Notes: generated from the letters alone by a model not told the origin. DNA of 64,000 nucleotides from Bdellovibrionales bacterium (GCA_965197425.1 CBDANC010000014.1:32001-96000), one strand, 5' to 3'. Numbered from the stretch's first letter, positions 28,833 to 39,008 are shown. Translations and numbers: made by a program.

Positions 28833-29693
28833 ATGCCGGGATTTAATACTATGTATATGAAAAAGAAAAATTATTTATGTTTACTAGCTTGCTTACTTAC
28901 CTCTTGTGGGGAAAGTTACCAAGAAAAGGGGAGTAGCAACAATAATGACGTTTCCAGCACTGAATTTAATTTAGAAAAGAGGACTACAAGTTCTCTTAGT
29001 CAAGCGTTTCGTTTTAATGTTTCATATAACGATGATAAACCTGTATTAGATGATAGGGTTGTAAGAACCAGGGCCACTGGTATGTGTAATGATGGTACTA
29101 GGAGTTTTAGTTTTGAGGAAGAAATTTCCTCGAACCGTTTCCCTGTTGGTGCGGTATTTCCCCCAGAGTTTTTATTGAAGCTTTATAGGACACGTGAGGT
29201 TTATGACTGTAAATTAGTTTTATATCCACTAGATGAGATGGGTGACACTATACAATATATCAGCCCTGGAACAGTAGAAGTACAATTGCAAAGAGATATG
29301 TCTTTTGGAATAGGATTGTTAGTGGGAGATAGAAGGCCTAGTCTTGGGTATATAATAGGTGATTTGCAAGGTGCTAGAATTTCAGTAGAACCAGTACTTG
29401 GATTTGAAGATCCAAGAGAACATATTAAATTAAGTTTTATTTGTGATAATGGTTCAGAGGAGCTTTTGAGAAGAGAAGGTATTTACAGTACAGATAATAC
29501 CAATGTAATAGTAGGAGATGATCGGCTGATCAATGTATTTACAGAAGATCCGTTTTTGCTGATAGCTCCTGCCAGAAACATGTATGTTATCAAGGATTGG
29601 TTGGGAGAAAGTAACAGTAACTGCATAATAACAAACAGTACCGAAGGTTCACCTTACCTGTTGTGGTCCCATATAATTAACTATTATAATTAA
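28833..29693 (+). CDS. Hypothetical lipoprotein
   Basis: KKKNYLCLLACLLTSC lipobox; no family recognised; true start probably a downstream Met. Confidence 0.65.
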   Translation: MPGFNTMYMKKKNYLCLLACLLTSCGESYQEKGSSNNNDVSSTEFNLEKRTTSSLSQAFRFNVSYNDDKPVLDDRVVRTRATGMCNDGTRSFSFEEEISSNRFPVGAVFPPEFLLKLYRTREVYDCKLVLYPLDEMGDTIQYISPGTVEVQLQRDMSFGIGLLVGDRRPSLGYIIGDLQGARISVEPVLGFEDPREHIKLSFICDNGSEELLRREGIYSTDNTNVIVGDDRLINVFTEDPFLLIAPARNMYVIKDWLGESNSNCIITNSTEGSPYLLWSHIINYYN

Positions 29694-29721
29694 CTTATGT
29701 TAATTACTTGAGAGTGTTCAA

Positions 29722-30162
29722 ATGAAGGTTGTGGCAAATAATAAACGTGCCCTATTTGACTACCACATTCTAGACAAATATGAAGCTGGGATAATGTTGT
29801 ATGGAAGTGAAGTGAAATCCATACTTAAGGGCGGGTGTCAGCTTAAGGATTCTTATGTAGATGTAATTGGCAATGAGTTATTTTTATTAAACGCCCATAT
29901 TAGCACTTATCCTGACAGTAGTTACAACAACCATGAGCCGGAGAGGGTTAGAAAACTTTTAATGCACAGACATGAGATAGATAAAATAATAGGTTTTATC
30001 AAGCAAAAAGGCCTAACTGTTGTACCACTCAAAATGTATTTCAAAAGAAAGTGCAAACTAGAACTTGGAATAGCTAAGGGAAAAAAAACACATGACAAAA
30101 GAAGACAAATCAAAGAAAGAGAAGAGAAAAAAAGCCTTGCTAAGGCTATGAAGCTATCTTAG
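29722..30162 (+). CDS. smpB: SsrA-binding protein
   Basis: NKRALFDY, EAGIMLYGSEVKS, RKLLMH and KGKKTHDKR motifs. Confidence 0.97.
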   Translation: MKVVANNKRALFDYHILDKYEAGIMLYGSEVKSILKGGCQLKDSYVDVIGNELFLLNAHISTYPDSSYNNHEPERVRKLLMHRHEIDKIIGFIKQKGLTVVPLKMYFKRKCKLELGIAKGKKTHDKRRQIKEREEKKSLAKAMKLS

Positions 30163-30196
30163 AATGATGCCTGTTTATATTACAAGGGGATTTTAT

Positions 30197-30586
30197 ATGA
30201 ATTTTGCAAAAAAACTAGTAGAATGTAGTGTTTTAGCTTTAAGTTTAGTTCTAGCTGGATGTGCAACTTCACCTGAAAAAAAGAGAACTAGTTTCACTCC
30301 CGGCACTGTAAAAGAAAGAATTGTTAAAGGTGTTACAACTCAAACTGATTTGGTAAAATTGTTTGGTTCTCCTAATATTGTATCTAGAAATAAAGACAGT
30401 AAAGAGGTTTGGACTTATTCCAAGCAATCTGCCTCATCAAAAGCTAAGTCATCGTTGTGGACTGTAATTTTTGCTGGTGAACGTTCTGCATACAGCGACA
30501 CAAGCACTGCTAATTTTAGCCTTATCATAACATTCGACAAAAGCGATGTTGTGGAAGATTATTCCATGGTAAGTTCTGAGTTTTAA
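30197..30586 (+). CDS. Lipoprotein, SmpA/BamE-like fold probable
   Basis: LAGC lipobox; GVTTQTDLVKLFGSP...EVWTY...LIITFDKSDVV pattern; ATG 30197 follows AGGGGA. Confidence 0.7.
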   Translation: MNFAKKLVECSVLALSLVLAGCATSPEKKRTSFTPGTVKERIVKGVTTQTDLVKLFGSPNIVSRNKDSKEVWTYSKQSASSKAKSSLWTVIFAGERSAYSDTSTANFSLIITFDKSDVVEDYSMVSSEF

Positions 30587-30596
30587 GGAGTTTAAT

Positions 30597-31055
30597 ATGA
30601 GACTACTTCTTATTACACTATTGTTGCCATTAACAGCCTGCTTAGCCACTGCCAGCTGGACACCAGATCAAAGGCGTAATTTGCAGCAAAGAGAATTTAA
30701 TACTGATACTAAAACACTATTTAATGCTATCAAAGCTATTCTTAGAGATGATGGTTATATTATAATAAATCAGGATTTAGATGGCGGGTTAATAGTAGCA
30801 TCAAAAGATATATCTGCTGCTGGCTTTTTTGCTGTTCTTGCTAGCCAGGATGATGTATCTGGAAAAGCATATAAGCTATCTTTTGATCTGGAGGAAATCT
30901 CTGAGACAAGAACCAGAACAAGACTCACAATTAATGAGGTGGTCAAATATAAAGGTGGTGGTGAGCAAGGATCAGAGTTGCTAAAACCTGAAATCTACAA
31001 TGCTATCTACCGAGCTCTAACCCATGAAGTGGCTACGAGAAACGCTGTAAAATAA
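30597..31055 (+). CDS. Hypothetical lipoprotein
   Basis: AAGGAG RBS; LTAC lipobox; co-oriented 10 nt after the previous lipoprotein gene. Confidence 0.7.
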   Translation: MRLLLITLLLPLTACLATASWTPDQRRNLQQREFNTDTKTLFNAIKAILRDDGYIIINQDLDGGLIVASKDISAAGFFAVLASQDDVSGKAYKLSFDLEEISETRTRTRLTINEVVKYKGGGEQGSELLKPEIYNAIYRALTHEVATRNAVK

Positions 31056-31066
31056 TTTCTTTAAAA

Positions 31067-32374
31067 CTAGCTACTCATGGTTTTTTCTATATCATCTACT
31101 TCTTTTGGAGTACTGGTTAAGACCTCGTTTCCGTTCTCGGTTATTAATAAATTATCTTCAATTCTAACCCCGAGTCCTAAAAACTCTTTAGGTGCATACC
31201 CATCATCTGGATTAACATATAATCCTGGTTCTATAGTTATACACATGCCTGGTTCCAAAGCTCTCGGTTTTCCATTAATTTGATATAATCCTGCATCATG
31301 AGTATCTAGGCCCAGATAATGACCTATTTTGTGTGGATAATATCTTTTATAAAATTCTGTCTCAATAATTTCATCTTGTGATTTTTTAAATCCCAACTCT
31401 ACAAGTGAACAAGCCAAGTGTTGTATTGCATTTTTCTGAAGCTCTTCGAAAGAAGAGCCAGGCTTAGTCATATTGATAATATTTTTTTGTGTTTTTAAAA
31501 CCTGTTGGTAGAAATCTTTTTGTGCATTACTAAATTTTCCTGATACTGGAAAGGTTCTAGTAATATCCCCTGCATAGTATTTCCACTCACACCCAGCATC
31601 TATTAAAAATAGATCTCCTTTGTTTAAAACTTCATTGTTGTAGTCATAGTGCAATATGCATGCATTTTTACCTGATGCTACAATTGGATTGTAAGCCACT
31701 CGTCTTGAGCCATTACTTTTATAGGTGTTAAGCAGTATTCCTTCAATTTGATTTTCATTCATACCAGGTTTTGTAGCTTTCATAGCATTGGTTATTGCAA
31801 GGCTGGTTATTTCACATGTTTTTCTCATCCATGCTAGTTCATCTTTTGTTTTTATAACCCTACATTCACCTATTATTTCTGAAGGGTCTTCTATAGATAG
31901 CAGGCCAAAACCAGATCTGCCAGATAAGGCTTTTGTTTTGGTTAAAGCATCAACTATCAATCTATCATAGTAATTATGTTGCCCCAGAGAATAATAGAGC
32001 CGAGAGCAGTTTTTTAGAAGCTCAGGTAGTTTATCTGCTAGTTCTTGCTTCTCAAAACCTGCATCTACAGCAAAGCAATCAGACACAGCATCTGGTCCAA
32101 ATCTAAATCCTTCCCACTGTTCTTTAACTTTGTCTTTTTTCCGTACAAACAACAGTCTTTCAGGTGATTTTCCTGGCCTAAACACAAAAACAGATTCTGG
32201 TTCCTCAAACCCAGTCATATAAAAAAAGTTGCTATCAACTCTAAACTTATTATTAACCTCAAAGTTTCTTATACTCTCGTGTCCGGAAACTAGAATTAAA
32301 GCAGCATCACCTATAGCTTCAGATATTTTTTTTTGTCTTTTCTCAAAAACTTTTTTGTCTTTTATTTCAATCAT
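31067..32374 (-). CDS. pepP: Xaa-Pro aminopeptidase
   Basis: NFFYMTGFEEP, IDAGCE...DITRT, HKIGHYLGLDTHD, TIEPGLY and VRIEDN motifs. Confidence 0.94.
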   Translation of the reverse strand: MIEIKDKKVFEKRQKKISEAIGDAALILVSGHESIRNFEVNNKFRVDSNFFYMTGFEEPESVFVFRPGKSPERLLFVRKKDKVKEQWEGFRFGPDAVSDCFAVDAGFEKQELADKLPELLKNCSRLYYSLGQHNYYDRLIVDALTKTKALSGRSGFGLLSIEDPSEIIGECRVIKTKDELAWMRKTCEITSLAITNAMKATKPGMNENQIEGILLNTYKSNGSRRVAYNPIVASGKNACILHYDYNNEVLNKGDLFLIDAGCEWKYYAGDITRTFPVSGKFSNAQKDFYQQVLKTQKNIINMTKPGSSFEELQKNAIQHLACSLVELGFKKSQDEIIETEFYKRYYPHKIGHYLGLDTHDAGLYQINGKPRALEPGMCITIEPGLYVNPDDGYAPKEFLGLGVRIEDNLLITENGNEVLTSTPKEVDDIEKTMSS

Positions 32375-32398
32375 AATGACTTCTCCACATTCTATTTT

Positions 32399-33169
32399 TT
32401 ATGTTTCAAAAAACCCTTTAAAATGTCCGTCTAAGATTTGTTCCAACTCTCCTTTTTTTGCAAATGATCCTAGGTTCTTTTTAGAAGATATCAGGAGGGC
32501 TTTAAGTTTATTCTCAGAGTATTCTAGGCCTTTTACCTTTACATAGTTTCTTTTATCTTGATCTTTTATATCGTCTGCTATTTGAAATGCAAGACCAAGG
32601 TTTTTGGAAAAATTTCTCAAAAGTTCTGTTTGTTTATTGTCTGTATTACAGATCATGCACACCCCTAGTACACAACATTGTATAAGTTCACCAGATTTTA
32701 AATTACAAATTTTCTCTATATCACGATCTGTATCCTCTTGTATATCTAGTGATTGACCATAGATCATATTATTTACACAGTCCGACACCTTGTTTACAAG
32801 GTTAGTATCATAATTTTTAGATAGCAGCAAAAAAGCTTCGGTCAGTAAAACATCTCCTGCAAGTAATGCTAAACCTTCCTCAAATTTTTTATGTAAGCTA
32901 GGTTTTCCTCTTCTTGTATCTGAATCATCCATGGAAGGTAGGTCATCGTGAATCAGTGAGTATGTATGTATAAGTTCAACTGAAACTGCAAATGGAATAA
33001 CTGATTTTTCTAATCCACCCAATAGTCTACAAGTTCTTAAACATAGCTCCGGCCTAAATCGTTTTCCTCCCGGAATTAAAGCATACTGTACCGCTTTGTA
33101 GAGATCAGAGTCTTTATAGCTTCTATCAGAAAGCCAGTTTTTGATCCACTCGTCTATCAGATCATGCAT
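32399..33169 (-). CDS. ispA: Farnesyl/geranyl diphosphate synthase
   Basis: GGKRFRP, SLIHDDLPSMDD...RRG and FQIADD motifs; follows xseB. Confidence 0.92.
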   Translation of the reverse strand: MHDLIDEWIKNWLSDRSYKDSDLYKAVQYALIPGGKRFRPELCLRTCRLLGGLEKSVIPFAVSVELIHTYSLIHDDLPSMDDSDTRRGKPSLHKKFEEGLALLAGDVLLTEAFLLLSKNYDTNLVNKVSDCVNNMIYGQSLDIQEDTDRDIEKICNLKSGELIQCCVLGVCMICNTDNKQTELLRNFSKNLGLAFQIADDIKDQDKRNYVKVKGLEYSENKLKALLISSKKNLGSFAKKGELEQILDGHFKGFFET

Positions 33170-33387
33170 TAGGATTGCTTAAAGTCTTCTGTTTTAGGAT
33201 TATTATTTTTGTCCACACCAACCAGGGTTTTTACTTTATTCTCAACCTCTGATAATTGTTTGTTACATTCTTTGGACAGTTTTATTCCTTGTTCAAACAA
33301 TTCAAAGGATTTATCCAAAGAAAGCTCTCCCGTTTGCATTTTTTCTACTATTTCCTCTAGTTTTTTTACTTTTGCTTCAAAGTCCAT
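33169..33387 (-). CDS. xseB: Exodeoxyribonuclease VII small subunit
   Basis: FEAKVKKLEEIVEKM...LSLDKSFELFEQGIKL; lies between xseA and ispA. Confidence 0.93.
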   Translation of the reverse strand: MDFEAKVKKLEEIVEKMQTGELSLDKSFELFEQGIKLSKECNKQLSEVENKVKTLVGVDKNNNPKTEDFKQS

Positions 33388-34646
33388 GTACTCTCCTTTA
33401 ATTCTTTTACCTCTGATATAATTTCACCAAAAGCTACTGTGCTATTTATCTTTTCACCTAATTTTATTGAATCTATTGATTTTACAATACCCCCATCCAT
33501 GTTTTTTGTGATCGAGTAACCTCTTGTAAGAGTTTTTAATGGGCTAAGAGAGTTTAAAATATCAATTAACCCGTTTAACAATCTTTTACTATCTTTTATA
33601 TTTCTAACCACTGCATCTTCCAATCGTTGATATAGATCATCTGTTTTTTGAGAAAGTTCCAAAACTTTTCTTTTTGGATGAACCAACATTGTAATGGTTT
33701 TATTCAAATTATCCATTATTGATTTAACTTTTGTCTGCATAAAGTGAACCAGAGCTTGCTTTTTTGAATGAAGTTCTTTTTCTAAATCAAGCTTATTTTT
33801 TACCACAAGCATAGCCGCTGCAGAAGGTGTAGGAGCTCTTACATCTGCTACAAAGTCTGATATTGTAAAGTCTATTTCGTGACCTATACCTGATACAATT
33901 GGAATTTTTGAATTATAAATAGCCCTTGCAACCTGTTCATCGTTAAAACACCAAAGGTCTTCCATAGAACCACCACCTCTAGCAACAATCATACAATCAA
34001 ATTTGCACGCCACACTATTAGCAAGTTCTATTGATCTAATAATATCTTTTGAAGCAGACTCCCCCTGTACCATTGTAGGAAAAATAGTGATATTCAAACC
34101 CTTAAACCGCCTATCTATTACATTGAGTATATCTTTAATGGCAGCTCCAGTGGGTGAAGTTACGATTGCAATTTTACTGGGAAACAAGGGGATTGGTTTT
34201 TTATGTTTGGCTTCAAATAAACCTTCTTTTTTAAGTTTGTCCTTCAATTGCTCAAACTGAATTTTTAGTGCTCCTTCTCCAACAGGATCCATGGTTTCAC
34301 ATATCAACTGATAACTACCAGTGCCTTCATACAAACTCACCCTAGCCTTTACCAAAACTTCCATTCCGTCTTCAGGCCTGAAAACCAACCTAGAATTGTT
34401 ACCTCTAAACATCACTGCCCTTACTTGTGATTTTTTATCTTTTAAGGAAAAATAAAAATGGCCTGATATAGGGGTCTTGAAGTTGGATATTTCCCCTTTG
34501 ACCCACAAAGTGGCAAAGTTGGTCTCTAAACAAGACTTCACTTTTCTATTTAATTCAGTAACAGAAAGAATCAACTCTGAATCTTTATCTTGTACTGGTG
34601 GGGTATCCGCCTTGTTTTTTTGAAGACTGAGCTGGGAAGAGTTCAT
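33366..34646 (-). CDS. xseA: Exodeoxyribonuclease VII large subunit
   Basis: GEISNF, SGHFYFSLKD, RGGGSMEDLW, GHEIDFT and APTPSAAA motifs. Confidence 0.96.
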   Translation of the reverse strand: MNSSQLSLQKNKADTPPVQDKDSELILSVTELNRKVKSCLETNFATLWVKGEISNFKTPISGHFYFSLKDKKSQVRAVMFRGNNSRLVFRPEDGMEVLVKARVSLYEGTGSYQLICETMDPVGEGALKIQFEQLKDKLKKEGLFEAKHKKPIPLFPSKIAIVTSPTGAAIKDILNVIDRRFKGLNITIFPTMVQGESASKDIIRSIELANSVACKFDCMIVARGGGSMEDLWCFNDEQVARAIYNSKIPIVSGIGHEIDFTISDFVADVRAPTPSAAAMLVVKNKLDLEKELHSKKQALVHFMQTKVKSIMDNLNKTITMLVHPKRKVLELSQKTDDLYQRLEDAVVRNIKDSKRLLNGLIDILNSLSPLKTLTRGYSITKNMDGGIVKSIDSIKLGEKINSTVAFGEIISEVKELKESTWTLKQK

Positions 34647-34691
34647 TGATATGCTTTTATTACTACCGATCTAAGGGTGTCAAACAAAAGA

Positions 34692-34886
34692 GGGGAACCA
34701 AATAGCCTTGGTAATGTGAGATTCGAAAACCCCACTTCTCAAGAAGTGGGCGCCATAGTGACAACTTCAGGCTTCTCGCTTTTCATGTATAATGCGAGCT
34801 TGCACACCGTTACCAGGGACAGCTCCCTATAAATAATTGTTCGGGTTTTCAATCCACGCACCGTTCCCGAACTATTTAGTATCCCC
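34692..34886 (-). ncRNA. ssrS: Probable 6S RNA
   Basis: 195 nt; terminal pairing ggggatactaaatag / ctatttggttcccc; internal gaaaacccgaac...tagggagc and ggcgcccacttcttgagaagtggggttttc resemble conserved 6S segments. Not checked with a covariance model. Confidence 0.75.
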
Positions 34887-35145
34887 ATATAAATAAATAC
34901 CAAATTTTTAATAAAAATTGAAGTAATTTAAAAAAATGAATCAACTAAAAAATACTACGCTTAGAGCAGCACCAAAACACACAACACTGTTTATAGCTCA
35001 TGTAAAACTCACTTTAACTATTTGATTTAACAACAATTATTATAATTTATGCCGTGTGCTAATGCTTTGTGCTCAAAAAAAATGAATTAAGGGATACTTA
35101 GTGTATAAAAACGATATATGTGCAAGCAATATGTAGGGACAATTT

Positions 35146-36129
35146 ATGGTTGATATTAATTCTGTAAGAAAGGCCAGAGAGGTCATTTTAAGTCATGTAA
35201 AAAACACACCTTGCCTGCGTTCCAAGTATTTATCAAATTTACTAGGCTGTGAAATTTTTTGCAAGCATGAGAACATGCAAGATACAGGTAGCTTCAAAAT
35301 AAGGGGTGCTTTAAACAAGATATCTTCTCTGGATAAAAAAACAAAAGGGGTAGTTACTAGTTCTGCTGGAAATCATGGCCAAGGAGTTGCATTAGCTTCC
35401 CATATTGTAGGCTTCCCTGCTCACATAGTTATGCCGGAGAAAGCAACAGAAGTTAAGGCACAGGCCTGCCAACATTATGGTGCCAATGTAATACTGGGGG
35501 GCAAGATCTACGACGAAGCATATGCTCATGCAATGGAGCTATCAGAAGAACAAGAGCTTACTTTTGTACATGCATATGAAGATGATCTGGTGATAGCAGG
35601 GCAAGGTACAATTGCATTAGAGATCAATGAGACCTTGTCACTTAAAAATGAAGTGGACTGCATAGTAGTACCAATAGGAGGTGGTGGTTTGATCTCTGGG
35701 ATATCTGTTGCGGTAAAACACTTTAATCCAAATTGCAGAGTTATAGGTGTTCAAACTACTATGGCAAGCTCTATGAAAGAGTATTTTCACACAAAAAAAA
35801 TGCCTACTAAAGAAATGATCAACTCACCTTTAGGTGATGGAGTATCGGTTAAAGTGCCCAGCAAAAAAATGTATGAAAAATACTTATCGAAGTTTGTGGA
35901 TGATATAGTGGAGGTAGATGAAAAAGAAATTTCTGATGCATTTGTCACCCTTGTTCAAAGAATTAAAAATATTGTAGAACCAGCAGGTTGTTTATCACTT
36001 GCATCCGTACTTTCAAAAAAAGTTAAGTTGGGAAAGAACAATGTTTTGATCTTAAGTGGTGGAAATATTGATCTATCAGCAATAAAGATGATGATCAATA
36101 TGTACGAAAAACAATCGTGTCAAATATAG
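35146..36129 (+). CDS. Threonine/serine ammonia-lyase (IlvA/TdcB family, no ACT domain)
   Basis: ENMQDTGSFKIRGA, SAGNHGQG, PIGGGGL and LSGGNID motifs; 327 aa. Confidence 0.92.
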   Translation: MVDINSVRKAREVILSHVKNTPCLRSKYLSNLLGCEIFCKHENMQDTGSFKIRGALNKISSLDKKTKGVVTSSAGNHGQGVALASHIVGFPAHIVMPEKATEVKAQACQHYGANVILGGKIYDEAYAHAMELSEEQELTFVHAYEDDLVIAGQGTIALEINETLSLKNEVDCIVVPIGGGGLISGISVAVKHFNPNCRVIGVQTTMASSMKEYFHTKKMPTKEMINSPLGDGVSVKVPSKKMYEKYLSKFVDDIVEVDEKEISDAFVTLVQRIKNIVEPAGCLSLASVLSKKVKLGKNNVLILSGGNIDLSAIKMMINMYEKQSCQI

Positions 36130-36130
36130 A

Positions 36131-37234
36131 TCATGCCGCTTTTTTTAGTTTGCTTTTTGGAAAAGGTATTTTGTTGTCTATAATTTCATTCATATAACTG
36201 GGTAGATTTCCTGTTGGCTCAATGTGCCCTATGAGCCTACCACCTTCTCCTCTTTTTAGATTCGTAAGTTCATATATGGGATTCATTTCATAACAGTTAT
36301 CTTTGTTATATCCCTTAACTTCCATTATGCTTTGAACTCTTCTTGAACCATCTGAAAATCTGGAAATTTGTACTATTAAATCTATTGCAGAGCCTATCTG
36401 TTGACAGAGTGCTTTTTGGCTTATTTTAGCGTTAGATCCCATTGCAAGCGCCTCTAGCCTCAACAGGGCATCCTCTGCAGCATTTGAATGTATAGTACCA
36501 AAGCACCCCTTGTGCCCAGTGTTCATTGCATTTATCAATTCCAAAGCCTCTGCACCTCTTACCTCACCTACTATTATTCTATCAGGTCTTAGTCTTAAGC
36601 TACTTTTCACTAGGTCATATATACTAACTTCTCCTTCACCACTTTCATCAGCCATTTGTGTTTCAAAAAATACTGCATGTTCATATTCTATGGATAGTTC
36701 CGAAGAATCTTCTATAATTATTATTCTCTGACCACTTGGTACTCTTCCTGCCAATAGGCTAAGTAGAGTTGTTTTACCAGAACCCGTACCACCACTTACC
36801 AAAATATTTTTACCCAGAAATACAGATAGATCTAAAAACTGTGCAGCATCAGAAGTTAGCGTATTGAAATTAATGTAATCTTTTAAAGTTATTTTTTTCT
36901 TGGAAAATTTTCTTATTGAAACAGTTGTACCATTTCTAGCACAAGGAGGGATCACAGCGTGAACTCTATAACCTTCTGGTGGTGGAAGCCTAGCATCTAG
37001 TGCAGGATTTTTTTCATCAATAGTTCTTCCAACACTTTGTGCAATATTATTCACCGCCGCTCTTAAACTATCTTCATCAGGAAAGGCGTTTTCTGATCTC
37101 TGTATCTTACCACTTTTTTCAAAAAACACCTCATTAGGTCCATTGATCATAACTTCCGTAACAGACTCATCTTCTAGTAGGTCTTTTATAGGCGCAAGAA
37201 AATTATCAATTGCTTCTTTGAATACATTGCTCAC
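36131..37234 (-). CDS. CpaF/TadA/VirB11 family secretion ATPase
   Basis: Walker A GGTGSGKTT, LRLRPDRIIVGEVRG and NTGHKG..GTIH. Likely GTG start at 37234, overlapping the upstream stop. Confidence 0.92.
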   Translation of the reverse strand: MSNVFKEAIDNFLAPIKDLLEDESVTEVMINGPNEVFFEKSGKIQRSENAFPDEDSLRAAVNNIAQSVGRTIDEKNPALDARLPPPEGYRVHAVIPPCARNGTTVSIRKFSKKKITLKDYINFNTLTSDAAQFLDLSVFLGKNILVSGGTGSGKTTLLSLLAGRVPSGQRIIIIEDSSELSIEYEHAVFFETQMADESGEGEVSIYDLVKSSLRLRPDRIIVGEVRGAEALELINAMNTGHKGCFGTIHSNAAEDALLRLEALAMGSNAKISQKALCQQIGSAIDLIVQISRFSDGSRRVQSIMEVKGYNKDNCYEMNPIYELTNLKRGEGGRLIGHIEPTGNLPSYMNEIIDNKIPFPKSKLKKAA

Positions 37235-37527
37235 TAATGCACTAACTCCCTGGAATAAAAATCTACGTATTCTTTCGCAACTTGAATTGCAAGCAAGCAA
37301 AGTGTACTTTCATCATACAATCTTAGTTCGTCAGCAAGGTCTTTATAACTACCTTCACATGTATTTACAGTTTTTATTGCGGAATAAAATTGGGTCGACA
37401 GATCGGTGCTATCTTTGTCATCTTGCCAGTCCTTTTGTAAAGTAGGATCTATAAGTCCCATGTGATATAAAGCATCAAAGACTCTTTGCAAATCACCATG
37501 AATATACATCTCAAACTCCCGAACCAA
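37234..37527 (-). CDS. Hypothetical protein translationally coupled to the CpaF-like gene
   Basis: 97-aa ORF whose TAG overlaps the CpaF GTG (TAGTG). Confidence 0.6.
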   Translation of the reverse strand: MVREFEMYIHGDLQRVFDALYHMGLIDPTLQKDWQDDKDSTDLSTQFYSAIKTVNTCEGSYKDLADELRLYDESTLCLLAIQVAKEYVDFYSRELVH

Positions 37528-37633
37528 TATTTCTATACTATAGTTCGGTTTTATTTGAGTCTGACTTTACATAACTGAAGAGCTAAGATCTTGGGTGTGT
37601 GGCTGGCTGTGGAATAATCAATCAGGTGTTGTG

Positions 37634-38194
37634 TTATCTATAGTTTATAACCATATCTCCAACATCAATTTTGATCTCAGAGTTTATGCTCTTTACAAAA
37701 TCTACAAAACTATTGAGAGGGTATCTGTTCCACTTGTTAATTAAGAACTCTGTACCAACTCTATACACACCTTCTTTTTCTACATGCCTTGTGTGAGCAA
37801 CTTTTGTGTTGAAGGGAAAATAAGTATAATTGTTCAAATAAATTCTAATTCGAATAATTTCATTTTTGTTAAAACAACCGCTTTCCTGTGACATATCAAA
37901 TGCCAGACCTTTTTTGGATAAGTCGTAGAGAACAACTTCTTGTAGTCCTTTATTGGGAACTTGCACATATGCACTAAAATACTCCGTTAGAATCACCCTT
38001 TTTGCCTTTCTTCTATCCTTCATGGTCCTCTGTTTCCTCTCTTTTTCTATACAAACAACACTACCTTCCGACTTAGCTGAATTGCTAAGTTCAGTTTTCT
38101 CTATTTCTTTTCTTGTCTTTTTCGCGAAATCAACGACTACAAGATTGTCCAAAACACCCCCCAAACTATACCAACCTCCTGCTAGGACCGACAC
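37634..38194 (-). CDS. PilZ-domain protein
   Basis: RRKAKR (RxxxR) and DLSKKG (DxSxxG) motifs; start may be a later TTG near 38152. Confidence 0.8.
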   Translation of the reverse strand: MSVLAGGWYSLGGVLDNLVVVDFAKKTRKEIEKTELSNSAKSEGSVVCIEKERKQRTMKDRRKAKRVILTEYFSAYVQVPNKGLQEVVLYDLSKKGLAFDMSQESGCFNKNEIIRIRIYLNNYTYFPFNTKVAHTRHVEKEGVYRVGTEFLINKWNRYPLNSFVDFVKSINSEIKIDVGDMVINYR

Positions 38195-38275
38195 ACCTTC
38201 GGAGTTTTACCACACAATCTTTAGTATAAAGTAAAAGCCTCTACAAAAAATACTATAATTTTGTAGATCTCATAC

Positions 38276-38301
38276 TTTGTACCGTATTTTTGTACCGTAT
38301 T
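38276..38301. repeat. Perfect 13-bp tandem direct repeat (tttgtaccgtatt x2)
   Basis: Read directly at 38276-38288 and 38289-38301. Confidence 0.85.
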
Positions 38302-38486
38302 GATACAACTTTTATTTTTTTATACCCCAAACCTCACGGAAAGGCAGATTACTACTAAAAGTTTGTATTGACTAAAATCAAAATTCGAAAGAAATTTTCA
38401 TACTAAGGTCTTGGATTCATTTATAGGTGGCGTATCTGATACCCCGGATTTTATCTTCTAAACATTTTTAAACAAAAGGAAGGTTT

Positions 38487-39008
38487 ATGAGTTTTGCTAA
38501 TGCTTGCATGTCTGTGGACGTAAAAATTGCTCCTCAATTTACAAAGGTATTAATTACCCAAGTAAAGGGACAGTTGTGGACAAAGGATTATAGCAAAAGT
38601 GATGTAGGAGATGTATTAAGGCATAATGATAAGCTTGAAACAAATTTGATGAGTGTAATAAAGCAGAAGAAGTTTGAAGATTTTAACAATGCAAAATCCT
38701 ACATAGAAAAGTTAAGTGATAAATTTTTAGAATTTACTAACACAACAGGCATAAAGTATTTTAACTATGGCATTGAGAAAATAGAACCTGTATTTTTGAA
38801 AGGACAATTAAAAGCTAATTATGAGCTCTTAAAAACACAAATAATAAAGAGTCAAAGAAACTCAGGTTTCTTCACCAAAGCAAAAAGAAATCGTCTTCTA
38901 GATAATGGGATGATTCAAACTGACTATAACTACTTAGCAGAACGGTTAGAAACTGAACTGAAAGAAGATCTAGAAGCAGAACTTAAAAATAATAACTACG
39001 AATTCTAG
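38487..39008 (+). CDS. Hypothetical protein
   Basis: 173-aa ORF with AGGAAGG RBS; no family recognised. Confidence 0.65.
   Translation: MSFANACMSVDVKIAPQFTKVLITQVKGQLWTKDYSKSDVGDVLRHNDKLETNLMSVIKQKKFEDFNNAKSYIEKLSDKFLEFTNTTGIKYFNYGIEKIEPVFLKGQLKANYELLKTQIIKSQRNSGFFTKAKRNRLLDNGMIQTDYNYLAERLETELKEDLEAELKNNNYEF

Noticed and set aside
29722..31066. tmRNA (ssrA) next to smpB
   Set aside because: No tRNA-like ends or tag reading frame are visible, and the flanks are filled by lipoprotein ORFs.
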